DNA of 64,000 nucleotides from Ostreococcus lucimarinus (lineage: Eukaryota), in the NCBI GenBank assembly GCA_000092065.1, contig CP000600.1. One strand, 5' to 3'. The translations under genes and the position numbers were made by a program. Position 1 is the first letter of the stretch, and each line of letters begins with the position of its first letter. This document shows, piece after piece, positions 20,413 through 29,417 of the stretch. The notes beneath the pieces are model-generated. The model was not told where the DNA came from. It saw only the letters and a program-made list of their open reading frames with translations, and ran no database searches.

Positions 20413-22644
20413 CTATCCTATTCTAGCTAGGCACTCCGCTCGAAGCGGAGTTTCACTAAACAGCGCACCGATGAAACCGCGAACTTCGCTCGCGGTAAAA
20501 CCGACTTTCTGCAACGATCCGCGCTCCCAGCTCGTCGCGATGTCGCGAAGAGGCGCGCTGAGCATGACGCCGAGCTCTCGAACTTTTTGCCATTCCGGGC
20601 CGACGGCTCGTAAGAGCGCGCGAATCGCGTCTTCGTCGCCCTTCTTGCCCACTAACCCTTCGCTCGCGAACGCGACGCCGATAATCTCCGTCAAAGCTTC
20701 TGATTCCTCCACCGAGATGTCCTCCATGGAGAGGATTTCGAGCGTCACGCGTCTCGCGTAGTGCAGCGCCAACTCGGCCGCGTCTTGCGTTCCGATGGGA
20801 TCGGGCAAGACATACATGCTCGTCGTACCCACGCGGTGGATCACGTGTCGCGCGCGCGCGATGGATTTGACGATGTCTTCTTTCACCTGAACTTCCGCCG
20901 AGCGCAAAAACCCAGACGCGACGTCGAGCGCGGCGTGCAATTCGCGCAGCGCTCGATTATTGGCCTCCGCACGAGTAGCGTCACCTAACGCTCTCAAAGG
21001 CTCGACGGGCCAAATGAGCGCAGGCGTACGACCGATCTGTCGCTCTAACGCCACGCCGCGCGCGAACACGCTCGCGCTGAAGCGATTCGCCAGATGGTGA
21101 CAATCGTTGTAAAACACGAGCGAAGCGGCGTGAATTGTCTTCAATTGTTCTCCCCGCGCGGCGATGACGCAGGCGCGAAACAAATCTAGACAATCCGCGG
21201 CGGCGGCGGCTAAGCTCGCTGACGCCCGGTGGGCGTGCGGATCGAGCTCGGTCGCCGATTGAAGCACGTCGTCGACGTGCGCCGCGAGTAAATCCGTCGC
21301 CTTGCTCACGGTGCGGGGCGCGCCGTCGAGAAGATTGTTTGCGCCTTTCGACGTCTCAGTTTCCTCGCCCGTCCCGCGGCCTACGCCACGCGTTTTCGCA
21401 TCGCCCAAAGTTCGAACGATGGTCTGATCGTCACTCAACGCGAGCTCGCGCGCCCGCGCGAGCACCGCGGCGCGGCGCGTCTCCGCCTCGCGCATCTCCG
21501 TCGCGAGCGCCTCGGCTTCGAGCGGGCCCAAAGCGCCGCCCGCGTACGACGCCGCGCCGTCCGACGGCGGAGGCACGAATCCGCAATTCGAAGCCACGAC
21601 TTCGACCGCGCACGTTCGATCGATCGCGCGCTCGCTCGGTCGCGCGCTCAACCAAGCGTTCACGCACGTCTTCGCGATGTCTCCCCACGCCTCGACGCCG
21701 ACGGCTTTCGCGACGTCTTCGCTCGGCAACTTACTTCTGATCCACCTCAACGCCGTCTCGAGCGAGGCTTGCGCGCTGTCGTCGTCCACGCTTTTCGTCG
21801 TCGCGGTTTCGTACCGCAGCGAATCGCCGCCGTCTTCTTCGACGACTTTGACGACGCTCTTCGCCCCCGCGCGAATCATCGGCGCTAAAAACTCATCCAC
21901 CAGCGCCCTGGCCACGATGGACGTCCTCAGACGCGTCTCATCCGCGCTAATCTCCGCCAAACGCTCGCACGCGCGTCTCAACCGCGCGGCGTCGATGGAA
22001 ACCCGCGACGACCCCTCGAAGACGACGCTCGCGCTCACCTCTTCGTCCACGACGCGTCGAACGCGCTCGACGACGCGCTCGCACGTCGCTCGCGCCTCGT
22101 CGTCCACGCCCCGATCGTCGTCGCTCTCCGCGTCTTCCTCCTCCGCCTCGCCGCGCAGGATCACGTTCGCCGCGCTCGCCGCCCTCGCCGCTTCGCCGAG
22201 ATTCATCGTCCCGAGCGCGTCCTCCGCGTCCCGCTCCCGCGCCTTCGCGCTCGCCCTCTCCCGCGCCGTCCTCCGCGCCCGCGCCGCGTCTTCCCGCGCC
22301 GCCGCCGCCTCTTCCCACGCCCTCGCGCTTCTCGCGCACGCCTCGATCGCGTCGATCGCCGCCTCGCTCGCCCCGCTCGCGCGCGCGTCCCGCGCGAGCG
22401 CCTCCGCGTCGCGCCGCGCGTCTCCCGCCGCGTCCTCGGCGCGTCGTCCTCGCCGCGTCTCGCGCGCGCGCGCCGCGATCGCCAGCAGCGCGCGTCCGCG
22501 TCGCGCGTTCGCCGCGTCGCTCGCGTCGCGCGCGACCGCGTCGCACGCGCGCGCGACGTCGACGAGCGCGACGCGCGCGCCGTCGTCGCCGCGCGATTCC
22601 GCGAGCGCCGTCGCGGCGTCGTCGACGGTCGTCCAGCGCGGCAT
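20413..22644 (-). CDS. ZW10: ZW10 (Dsl1/RZZ complex) homolog
   Basis: C-terminus AIRALLRAVGPEWQKVRELGVMLSAPLRDIATSWERGSLQKVGFTASEVRGFIGALFSETPLRAECLARIG aligns with the ZW10 C-terminus (...[31 protein letters not shown]). Internal AASLVFYNDCHHLANRF resembles ZW10 AAIHHNNCMYIAHHL; N-terminal coiled-coil region. The track start 22800 is GTG; ATG at 22644. Confidence 0.6.
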   Translation of the reverse strand: MPRWTTVDDAATALAESRGDDGARVALVDVARACDAVARDASDAANARRGRALLAIAARARETRRGRRAEDAAGDARRDAEALARDARASGASEAAIDAIEACARSARAWEEAAAAREDAARARRTARERASAKARERDAEDALGTMNLGEAARAASAANVILRGEAEEEDAESDDDRGVDDEARATCERVVERVRRVVDEEVSASVVFEGSSRVSIDAARLRRACERLAEISADETRLRTSIVARALVDEFLAPMIRAGAKSVVKVVEEDGGDSLRYETATTKSVDDDSAQASLETALRWIRSKLPSEDVAKAVGVEAWGDIAKTCVNAWLSARPSERAIDRTCAVEVVASNCGFVPPPSDGAASYAGGALGPLEAEALATEMREAETRRAAVLARARELALSDDQTIVRTLGDAKTRGVGRGTGEETETSKGANNLLDGAPRTVSKATDLLAAHVDDVLQSATELDPHAHRASASLAAAAADCLDLFRACVIAARGEQLKTIHAASLVFYNDCHHLANRFSASVFARGVALERQIGRTPALIWPVEPLRALGDATRAEANNRALRELHAALDVASGFLRSAEVQVKEDIVKSIARARHVIHRVGTTSMYVLPDPIGTQDAAELALHYARRVTLEILSMEDISVEESEALTEIIGVAFASEGLVGKKGDEDAIRALLRAVGPEWQKVRELGVMLSAPLRDIATSWERGSLQKVGFTASEVRGFIGALFSETPLRAECLARIG

Positions 22645-22891
22645 GTCGGACCCGGACGTCGACGCGATTCGCGCGACGTCGCGGCGATCGCGCGCGACGC
22701 CGCGCGTCGCGAAGCGTCGACGAGCGCCGTCGCGCGAATCGACGGCGAATGCGCGTGGTGGGTATTCACGGACAATCGGGTATGCAGTCCAGTTATACAC
22801 ATAATATATATTTATGACACACTCGACCGCGATGTACCGACGTTATGTATACGAAAAAGGCACGGCGACGACGCGCGCCGCGAGTCCGTGA

Positions 22892-23542
22892 TTATACGTC
22901 GACTTTTGCGGGCGCCTGTTGGACGTAGATGACTTGCGGCTGCTGCGGCCGCGTCGCCACGGCGGTGGCGATGAGCTGGTCGCGTCGGTACGCGAAGCAC
23001 CCGCACCGCCCACAGTAGCAGCACGAGACGATGAGCAACGTCAGGCCGACGACGGTACCAATGATGATGCCCGCGATCGCGCCACCGTCTGGTTTACAGC
23101 AGTCGTCACCGCAGCATACGTTTTGGCCGCCCGTGTACATACTGCACCATTTACCGCCTTTTTTGTGGAGTGGTGGGCACCCGTGGGCGCCGTCCCAGCA
23201 TTTGGCTCCATTGGCAACTTCCGTGGCGATTTCTGTTCCACACGAGGTGTAACTGGAAATTGTGTCCGTACACTTGGACGGGCACGATTGGTCGATCGAG
23301 TTGCCATACGGTGGCGGTCCCGCGCTGCACCCGAAACAGTCTGAGCACACACTGACCGTCACGCCGTTGTAGGTCCCGGTGTTGTAACAGAACTCTTCGC
23401 TCGATGCCCAGGGGTTCGCGCTCGCGTAGCCGCTCGAAACAACGCAGTCGGTGTGGGTTGAACACGTGTCGCCCGCGTCCGCGCGCGCGGTGTGCGCGAC
23501 GGCGAGGCCGAAAACGAACGGTACGAGGAGGTTCTTAAACAT
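22892..23542 (-). CDS. cysteine-rich type I membrane protein (signal peptide, Cys-rich ectodomain, single TM, short tail)
   Basis: ATG at 23542. MFKNLLVPFVFGLAVAHTARA signal peptide; ~130-aa ectodomain with more than 20 Cys; TM AIAGIIIGTVVGLTLLIVSCCYC near the C-terminus; Gln-Pro tail. Confidence 0.5.
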   Translation of the reverse strand: MFKNLLVPFVFGLAVAHTARADAGDTCSTHTDCVVSSGYASANPWASSEEFCYNTGTYNGVTVSVCSDCFGCSAGPPPYGNSIDQSCPSKCTDTISSYTSCGTEIATEVANGAKCWDGAHGCPPLHKKGGKWCSMYTGGQNVCCGDDCCKPDGGAIAGIIIGTVVGLTLLIVSCCYCGRCGCFAYRRDQLIATAVATRPQQPQVIYVQQAPAKVDV

Positions 23543-23739
23543 CTTTGGCGTGGGTTTATCTCGCAAAAGGATTTCAGCGAGGCTTGAGGTGCGCCGCAAA
23601 GTGAGGCCCGGAGATCCGGGGATCCTCCGCAGCCCCGCGGGCGTGTGTGTGCCTGGCGTGTGCCCTTCGCGGTCGGTCGGACGAGGGGCCCGTTGGCGCC
23701 CCGCGGGTTTGTGTGCCAGCCCCAGGGTTTAGGGGTTAG

Positions 23740-24420
23740 GATCGGACATATGGAAACTCACTAATTAGCCGCATGACCTCATACATTAAGTTATTTATAT
23801 CTAGTCATCGCGCGAAATGGCGTGGGTAAATTACCGTACAGTAATTTACCCCCGGAACCGCTTGCGACTTGCGACAGATGGTGTATTGTATGCGATTGTA
23901 TTACAATATATTTTTATATATTTGGATATGCTTTAATAGATATTAAATATCATACGACATACGTGAATGATAAAAAGTTGCTTCACGGATGCGTGCCATG
24001 TGAAGGCTGGACCTCCAGTCCGAGGTGGATGACCATGAATCATGAACCGTGAACAGTAGAGTCGCACCTTTTCTCTACACACGATTCGTCTCTCATTCAT
24101 TGTAAGGAGTAGGCAAAGCTTCGCGCCTCATATAGCAGGAGGACATCCAGTCTGCGGGCGGTGACCAGGCTAATGCCTCCTTAGCATGTCGCCTGACTCC
24201 TGGCGCTATGTGTGTTGTCAATTCGTTCAAATCACTAGTACATTTCGGTGTGTCGAACTCATCACGCGTGTCACTTTTTTTTTCCACCAACACGCAGAAG
24301 GCACATACAGGGTTTAGTGGATCTACTCTGTCTGAGACGACTCTGCATTGGAGACCCACATTGAAGAGCTTATCCTCGTTTAATTTCTTGCACACTTTGT
24401 TGAATGCCTCGACCATTTGT
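23740..24420. other. AT-rich compositional island (~40% GC within a ~68% GC background)
   Basis: Direct read: runs such as tatttttatatatttggatatgctttaatagatattaaatatcatacg. Includes the palindrome at 23824-23851 and is flanked at 23706-23727 by a telomere-like motif. It overlaps the 3' half of ORF 24093-24740. Confidence 0.85.
23824..23851. repeat. 28-bp near-perfect palindrome gggtaaattac cgtaca gtaatttaccc (11-bp perfect arms)
   Basis: Arms gggtaaattac and gtaatttaccc are exact reverse complements around a GTAC core; read directly. Confidence 0.9.
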
Positions 24421-24740
24421 GGCGGCGGCCACCTGACGTCCTCGACGCCGGCGCCACAGCATATAGGAAGCCTGGGCCACCCCCCCATGGCCTTCAGTGC
24501 GCCGTTCAAGATATCCACAATCTCGGTCGCCAGCGGTGAGTTTTTCGACCAATCTGAGTCACGGGGACGCGCGGGGGCGGTCGTGGTGCCGTGGTGTACG
24601 TTCCACACGGGGTCTCCCGTCAGCAGGGGACTGTTGAACCATTGGCGCGCGCGATCGCCCTTCCATGAAGTGACGTCACAGCGAAGAACCGCGAGCAGGT
24701 CGGCGTGATAGTACGTTGGGGTGCTCTGCGCACAACCCAT
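24093..24740 (-). CDS. hypothetical protein with N-terminal MGCxxS myristoylation/palmitoylation motif
   Basis: ATG verified at 24740 (MGCAQSTPTYY...). The 215-codon frame stays open through ~330 bp of AT-rich sequence, which is unlikely by chance at 40% GC. No recognisable domain. An opposite-strand ORF 24208-24708 is also open. Confidence 0.4.
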   Translation of the reverse strand: MGCAQSTPTYYHADLLAVLRCDVTSWKGDRARQWFNSPLLTGDPVWNVHHGTTTAPARPRDSDWSKNSPLATEIVDILNGALKAMGGWPRLPICCGAGVEDVRWPPPQMVEAFNKVCKKLNEDKLFNVGLQCRVVSDRVDPLNPVCAFCVLVEKKSDTRDEFDTPKCTSDLNELTTHIAPGVRRHAKEALAWSPPADWMSSCYMRREALPTPYNE

Positions 24741-25227
24741 GGCGCGCGTCGTCGTGACGTGCGATCGAGATCGAGACCCCGGCCCGTTCGCGCGGCGATG
24801 GATCCGGCGGGACGTGATATTTTTACCGTAGGGGTCATGACTCGTCGTTCGGAGTACGCTGTGCTATTTACGCACGATCGATCGATCGACGCGCGTGGTA
24901 ATACTAATACGCGTACGTTAAATACGAGTCACCGCGCGTCGCACGCCTAAAGAAAGACCCGCGCCGAATCCGATTCGACGCGCGCGGCGACGACGCGTCG
25001 CCACGTCAGCGCCGCGCGACGCGTCGCCACACCGCGACGATTCGCGCGTCGCGCGCGCCGTGTCTTCGCGACATAACGCGTCGCGCGTCGAAGAACGTCG
25101 ACACGACGCGTCGATCGACGCGCGGCGCGCGCGGCGCGACGCGACGATCGCGTGCGGAGGCGCGGCGAGCGGATAACGCGACGACGGGGACGCGCGAAAA
25201 AGCGACGCAAAAAGCGACGCGCGAGCG

Positions 25228-25674
25228 ATGGAGGCGCGAATGCGCGCGACGCGCGCGCGAACGGACGACGCGCGGAGCGATGGGGTGGCGAGGAACGATT
25301 CGTACTACGCGAGCGCGTATAACGCGCCGCGGGCGAGCGAGGGAGGTTCGGACGCGCGACGGGGCGACGCGCGCGCGAGGTGGGGTTTGCGCGGCTTCGT
25401 GCCGCCGGCGCACTTGCGCGTGGATGGGTACGCGTACGAGGGGGCGGAGGACAGCGCGAGCGGGAGCGCGAGGAGGAAGATGTTCGTGGCGCCGAGGACG
25501 ATCGAGGAGCACGAGGTGATGTTCGTGAACGACGGGATGGGCGGGGACGCGGACGAGCGCGAGCACGGCGTCGCGGTGACGCGCGAGGACGCGCTCGCGC
25601 GGCGCGTGACGGGGAACATGAGCAGTCGGCCGAGTTGGACGGCGATGCACGCGTGCGGGGACATCGCGGTGTGA
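25228..25674 (+). CDS. hypothetical protein (148 aa), ATG verified
   Basis: ATG at 25228; Arg/Asp/Ala-rich; no domain recognised. Followed by the hairpin at 25739-25774. Confidence 0.25.
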   Translation: MEARMRATRARTDDARSDGVARNDSYYASAYNAPRASEGGSDARRGDARARWGLRGFVPPAHLRVDGYAYEGAEDSASGSARRKMFVAPRTIEEHEVMFVNDGMGGDADEREHGVAVTREDALARRVTGNMSSRPSWTAMHACGDIAV

Positions 25675-25738
25675 GCGCGCGATGCGTTCGAGCGGCGAGA
25701 GTGCGTATTTAGTGAGCTTTTTTGGCTTCATTCTTTGC

Positions 25739-25790
25739 CCCCGAGGGCGCCGAGGCGTCGACGCGCCCTCGGGGCGCCCTTTTATTATTC
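25739..25790. terminator. 12-bp-stem GC hairpin (ccccgagggcgc / gcgccctcgggg) followed by T-rich run, between convergent genes
   Basis: Exact inverted repeat at 25739-25750 and 25763-25774 with a 12-nt loop containing a GTCGAC palindrome; then cgcccttttattattc. AATAAA-like element at ~25858. Lies in the convergent 3' region of 25228-25674 (+) and 25870-26814 (-). Confidence 0.4.
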
Positions 25791-25869
25791 ATCTGTAAAA
25801 TGTACACCGACGATTTTCGAGATTTTCGCGTCCCATCGCGTCGAACGAGGGCGAAAACAATAAAATAAT

Positions 25870-26814
25870 TTATTCCCACACCACGGTGAGCTGTCCGCAC
25901 CGCGGTGGGTCCGGCACGGCGTCTCTCGCCGCCGCGGCGAATTTCTTTTGCATCGCCGCGAGCGCGTCGCCGGCGCGAACGATCGCGCCGCCTGATTTCT
26001 TTCCCTTGTTCGCCGTCGCGCCGTCGCCGCCGAATAACACGCGTTCTGTGGCCATGTACGCCTGAAACTCGTTCACCACGACCTCGCGCACGGACACGTC
26101 GTAACGAAGCTCGCGAAGAAAGTCGACCCAAATCGCGCGCTCCTCGTCCCCGAGCGCGTCGCCGCGATAAAATTCGTAGCACCAACTCGCATAATTTTCC
26201 CTGGCGTACCACAGCCCGTGCATGGCTTCGTGTAAAAGCGCATCCTGGACCTCGCGCGCGTCTCCGCTCGCGCACACGGCGATGACGCACGTCTCCGGAA
26301 CGACGCTCTCCTCGTCGTCGTCTTCGCCGTCGTATTCGCACCACCCTCCGCGCCCCATCGCGCTTTCGCTCACCTCCACCGCGCCATCCTCATTCCTCCG
26401 AAGCGCTCCGCACCGCACCAGCGCCTCGACGACCGCTTCTTCGTCCTCCCAGCACCCGCCCTCGCGCCGCGCCGCCGCGTAAAACGCGCACACCTCCCGC
26501 GCGCGCGCGTTGTGTCCGCTGTAATTCGCCACCCCGCCCCTCGCGCCGCTCGGCAGCGCGTCCGCGATTTTCCCGCGCCACTCCGGGTCCTCGATGAACA
26601 TCGAAAGTCGTCCCAGCGCCCGTCGCTGCGTCGCGGCGTCGCGAAACGTCAGCAAGAGCACTTTTTCATTCTCCAACCACCGCGCGACGCGCACGGCGTC
26701 TCGCGACGCGCTCGCGCGCGCGTGCGACGCGTGACGCGCGCGCGAGGGCGTCAACGACGCGACGTAGGCGTCGAGATCGATCTCGGGCGCGTCGACGCCT
26801 CGAAACCGTCCCAT
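25870..26814 (-). CDS. hypothetical protein with HExxH motif (possible zinc metallopeptidase-like)
   Basis: ATG verified at 26814; contains ALLHEAMHGLWYARENY (HEAMH); acidic stretch EYDGEDDDEESVV; no further family assignment. Confidence 0.45.
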   Translation of the reverse strand: MGRFRGVDAPEIDLDAYVASLTPSRARHASHARASASRDAVRVARWLENEKVLLLTFRDAATQRRALGRLSMFIEDPEWRGKIADALPSGARGGVANYSGHNARAREVCAFYAAARREGGCWEDEEAVVEALVRCGALRRNEDGAVEVSESAMGRGGWCEYDGEDDDEESVVPETCVIAVCASGDAREVQDALLHEAMHGLWYARENYASWCYEFYRGDALGDEERAIWVDFLRELRYDVSVREVVVNEFQAYMATERVLFGGDGATANKGKKSGGAIVRAGDALAAMQKKFAAAARDAVPDPPRCGQLTVVWE

Positions 26815-26916
26815 GGGCGCGGGCGAACCGTCACTTTGTGCCGCAATTTCCTCGCCGCGTCTCGTCGACGCGCGCGCCTCTTCCGTCCCGTCGACGGGCC
26901 GCGTGAGAACTTAAAC

Positions 26917-28176
26917 ATGTCTGCCGCGTCGTGCGCGACGCGCGCGCGCGCGAGCGCGCGCGGGGACGGCGCGCGGGGGGCGCGAAGATTCGCGACGCGT
27001 TCCAGGGTATGTTTTTCGACGCGGCGACGCGGCGCCGAGGGCGCGCGCGCGGGATCGAGCGCGCGCGGCGAACGACGATGTCGTCGCGATGCGCCGCGCG
27101 CGCGGGTCGCGCGCGACGGTGGCGCGCGCGCGAACGCGCGGGCGTCGGACTAGGTTTTGAACGCGGCGCGGCGACGACGCGCCGAGGCGCGGGGAATACG
27201 ATTGGAGACGGCGCGCGATCGACGGAAAGCGCGAGACTGACGAGCGGGTTCGCGATCGCAGACTTCAACCGCGCATCGCGCGCGCGCGATCGCGCTGAGC
27301 GCGGAACAGGAGAGCGATAATCAAACGCGCGTCAAGGTGCTGTCGGAGGCGTTGCCGTATTTGCAACGCTTCGCGGGGCAAACCGTGGTGGTCAAGTACG
27401 GCGGCGCGGCGATGAAGTCCGAGGAACTGAAGGCGGCGGTGATTCGTGATGTGGTGTTGCTGTCGACGGTGGGCATTCGGCCGGTGCTCGTGCACGGGGG
27501 TGGGCCAGAGATTAACGCGATGCTGAACAGGGTCGGCGTCGAGGCGAAGTTCTTAAACGGGCTGCGAGTCACCGACGCGCAGACGATGGAAATCGTCGAG
27601 CAGGTGCTCACGGGTAAGGTGAACAAGTCCATCGTGAGCTTGATTTCGTGCGCAGGCGGGAAAGCTGTCGGGATCTGCGGCAAGGATGGGAATTTATTGC
27701 GCGGCGTGGTGAAGAGCGAGGAGTTGGGTTTCGTCGGCGACGTGACGCAGGTGGACACGCGGTTGATTCGTGAACTCGTGAATGTGGGGTACATTCCCGT
27801 CGTCGCCACTGTCGCCATGGATGCAGACGGTCAGGCGCTTAACGTGAACGCGGATACCGCGGCTGGTGCAATCGCGGCCAAGCTCGGGGCGGAGAAGCTC
27901 ATCTTGATGACGGACGTTCCGGGCGTGTGCACCGATAAGGATGATCCCAACACTTTGATTCGCGAGCTGACCATGAAGGAGACGGAAGAAGCCATCGCGA
28001 AGGGTGTGATTGCGGGAGGCATGATTCCCAAAGTCGAATGTTGCATGACCAGCATCACGAACGGCGTGAAGAGCGCGCACATCATCGACGGTCGCGCCAA
28101 GCACAGCCTACTCCTCGAAATTCTCACCGACACCGGCGTCGGCACCGTCATCACTTCCCCCGTCGTCGCCGTATAA
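26917..28176 (+). CDS. argB: N-acetylglutamate kinase (ArgB), plastid-targeted; exons 26917-27006 and 27262-28176, intron 27007-27261
   Basis: Exon 2 [52 protein letters not shown]...[15 protein letters not shown]...[29 protein letters not shown] is full-length ArgB. It has no in-frame ATG (the track start 27337 is GTG) and is bounded upstream by TGA at 27238. Exon 1 [30 protein letters not shown] (ATG 26917) ends at donor GTATGT (27007). Acceptor GCAG at 27258-27261 keeps the frame; ACTGAC lies at ~27234. Confidence 0.8.
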
Positions 28177-28269
28177 TATTTTGTAATGAAAATATTATCA
28201 CAATCACCTATACCGAACTAAGCTACAAGCTACGTGTCTAACATCGAGCGCGAGGCGACTCTGGCGTCT

Positions 28270-29349
28270 TCATCGCTGCGCGTGACGAAGTCGGCGTTCG
28301 CGCGATTCGAATGAGTCACACTCGCATGCGCGCCGTCTGAAGTTGTCCTCATCCAAGCGCGCTCGCTCTGTTTGATCACGGCAGCTCGTGCAACAGTACA
28401 CGGTATCGCCGCAGCGCTCGCACGCGATGAGGATGACGTGACACGACTTTCCGACGCACTTTGAAATTCGACCACTCGCGTCGCCGCATCCGTCGCACCA
28501 AGACGTCGATGGTAAGTCTTGACCGACAGGAGTCGAACCGCGCGCGTCGAAAACATAATTGGAGCCCTTGAATAAACCGTCACGTTCGTTTATTCCAGAC
28601 TTGGCGTACGCCACGATGCCGCCGGCTAGTTTACGAACGGTCCTCGGCCGCGAGCCCTCGGGTAGCCGCGTCGTCAAATACGTCGCCACCTTTTCGCACC
28701 GTACGCCTCCGGTGCAGAAAATATACAGGTCCTTATCCTTGATTTCTCTCTCGAGCACGCCATCGCGTGCCAGCCACTCCTTGAACTGCGAAAACCGGCG
28801 AATGGGCGCGCAAGTGCTGCCGAAAAAATGGCCAAGGCGGCTCTCGTAGAAATTTCGAACGTCCAATAAACTCGACTTCGTCGTATCTCGCGATCGAACC
28901 TCCGCCGCCCATTCCTCAGGCGTCAAACTTTGCACGCATTCTCCATCCACGCCCAAGTTCACTTCACCGAACGGACACAACTCGTCGACGACGCGCACGC
29001 TCAGCGTCTCGAAACAGTGCGCGCACCCCGGTTCGAGCTTATAGTCTACCCCGTACAGCGCCTGCTCGAGATCTGGCTCGCGCTCTAGAAACGACAAAAA
29101 TGCATTCATCGTCGTCGCATCGCTCGCAGCCGCAGTGGCGTTGATTCCCTCGCGCGCGAGACGGATTTTACCAGTCACTTCGGCTGGGGACAAAGTCGAC
29201 GCGAAATCGAGAATGCGACGCGCGACCGACGCTGGATCGCGTATAAGAGTGTACGAATAAAATAAAGCCACCACACCGCATCCACGGCAATCGCATCGCA
29301 AGCGAAAAGCGTCAGATTGGCCTCGAGGAGTCCGCCGTTTGTTGAGCAT
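28270..29349 (-). CDS. trhO: rhodanese-domain protein of the UPF0176/TrhO (tRNA uridine-34 hydroxylase, YceA) family with C-terminal Cys-rich extension
   Basis: VALFYSYTLIRDPASVARRILDFASTLSP...REGINATAAAS N-terminal TrhO-like region; rhodanese active-site loop DLYIFCTGGVRCEKVATYL; C-terminal CDGCGD...CVGKSCHV...CERCGDTVYCCTSCRD (8+ Cys). The track start 29376 is GTG; ATG at 29349. Confidence 0.65.
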   Translation of the reverse strand: MLNKRRTPRGQSDAFRLRCDCRGCGVVALFYSYTLIRDPASVARRILDFASTLSPAEVTGKIRLAREGINATAAASDATTMNAFLSFLEREPDLEQALYGVDYKLEPGCAHCFETLSVRVVDELCPFGEVNLGVDGECVQSLTPEEWAAEVRSRDTTKSSLLDVRNFYESRLGHFFGSTCAPIRRFSQFKEWLARDGVLEREIKDKDLYIFCTGGVRCEKVATYLTTRLPEGSRPRTVRKLAGGIVAYAKSGINERDGLFKGSNYVFDARGSTPVGQDLPSTSWCDGCGDASGRISKCVGKSCHVILIACERCGDTVYCCTSCRDQTERARLDEDNFRRRACECDSFESRERRLRHAQR

Positions 29350-29417
29350 CACCGCCGCGCACTGAAGTCGGGACACGCCGGCGACGACGGCTTGCGCGTC
29401 GCTTCATTTCATTCGTT

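Noticed and set aside
20433-20451. 7-bp-stem hairpin actccgc tcgaa gcggagt near a gene end
   Set aside because: It lies inside the last codons of ZW10 (encoding ...PLRAECLARIG), is short, and is likely coincidental.
24860-25220. Clustered GACGCGTCGCCAC / ACGCGT (MluI-box-like) motifs as a cell-cycle regulatory module
   Set aside because: The region is generic CGCG low-complexity sequence. The motif recurrence is not distinguishable from background composition without genome-wide statistics.
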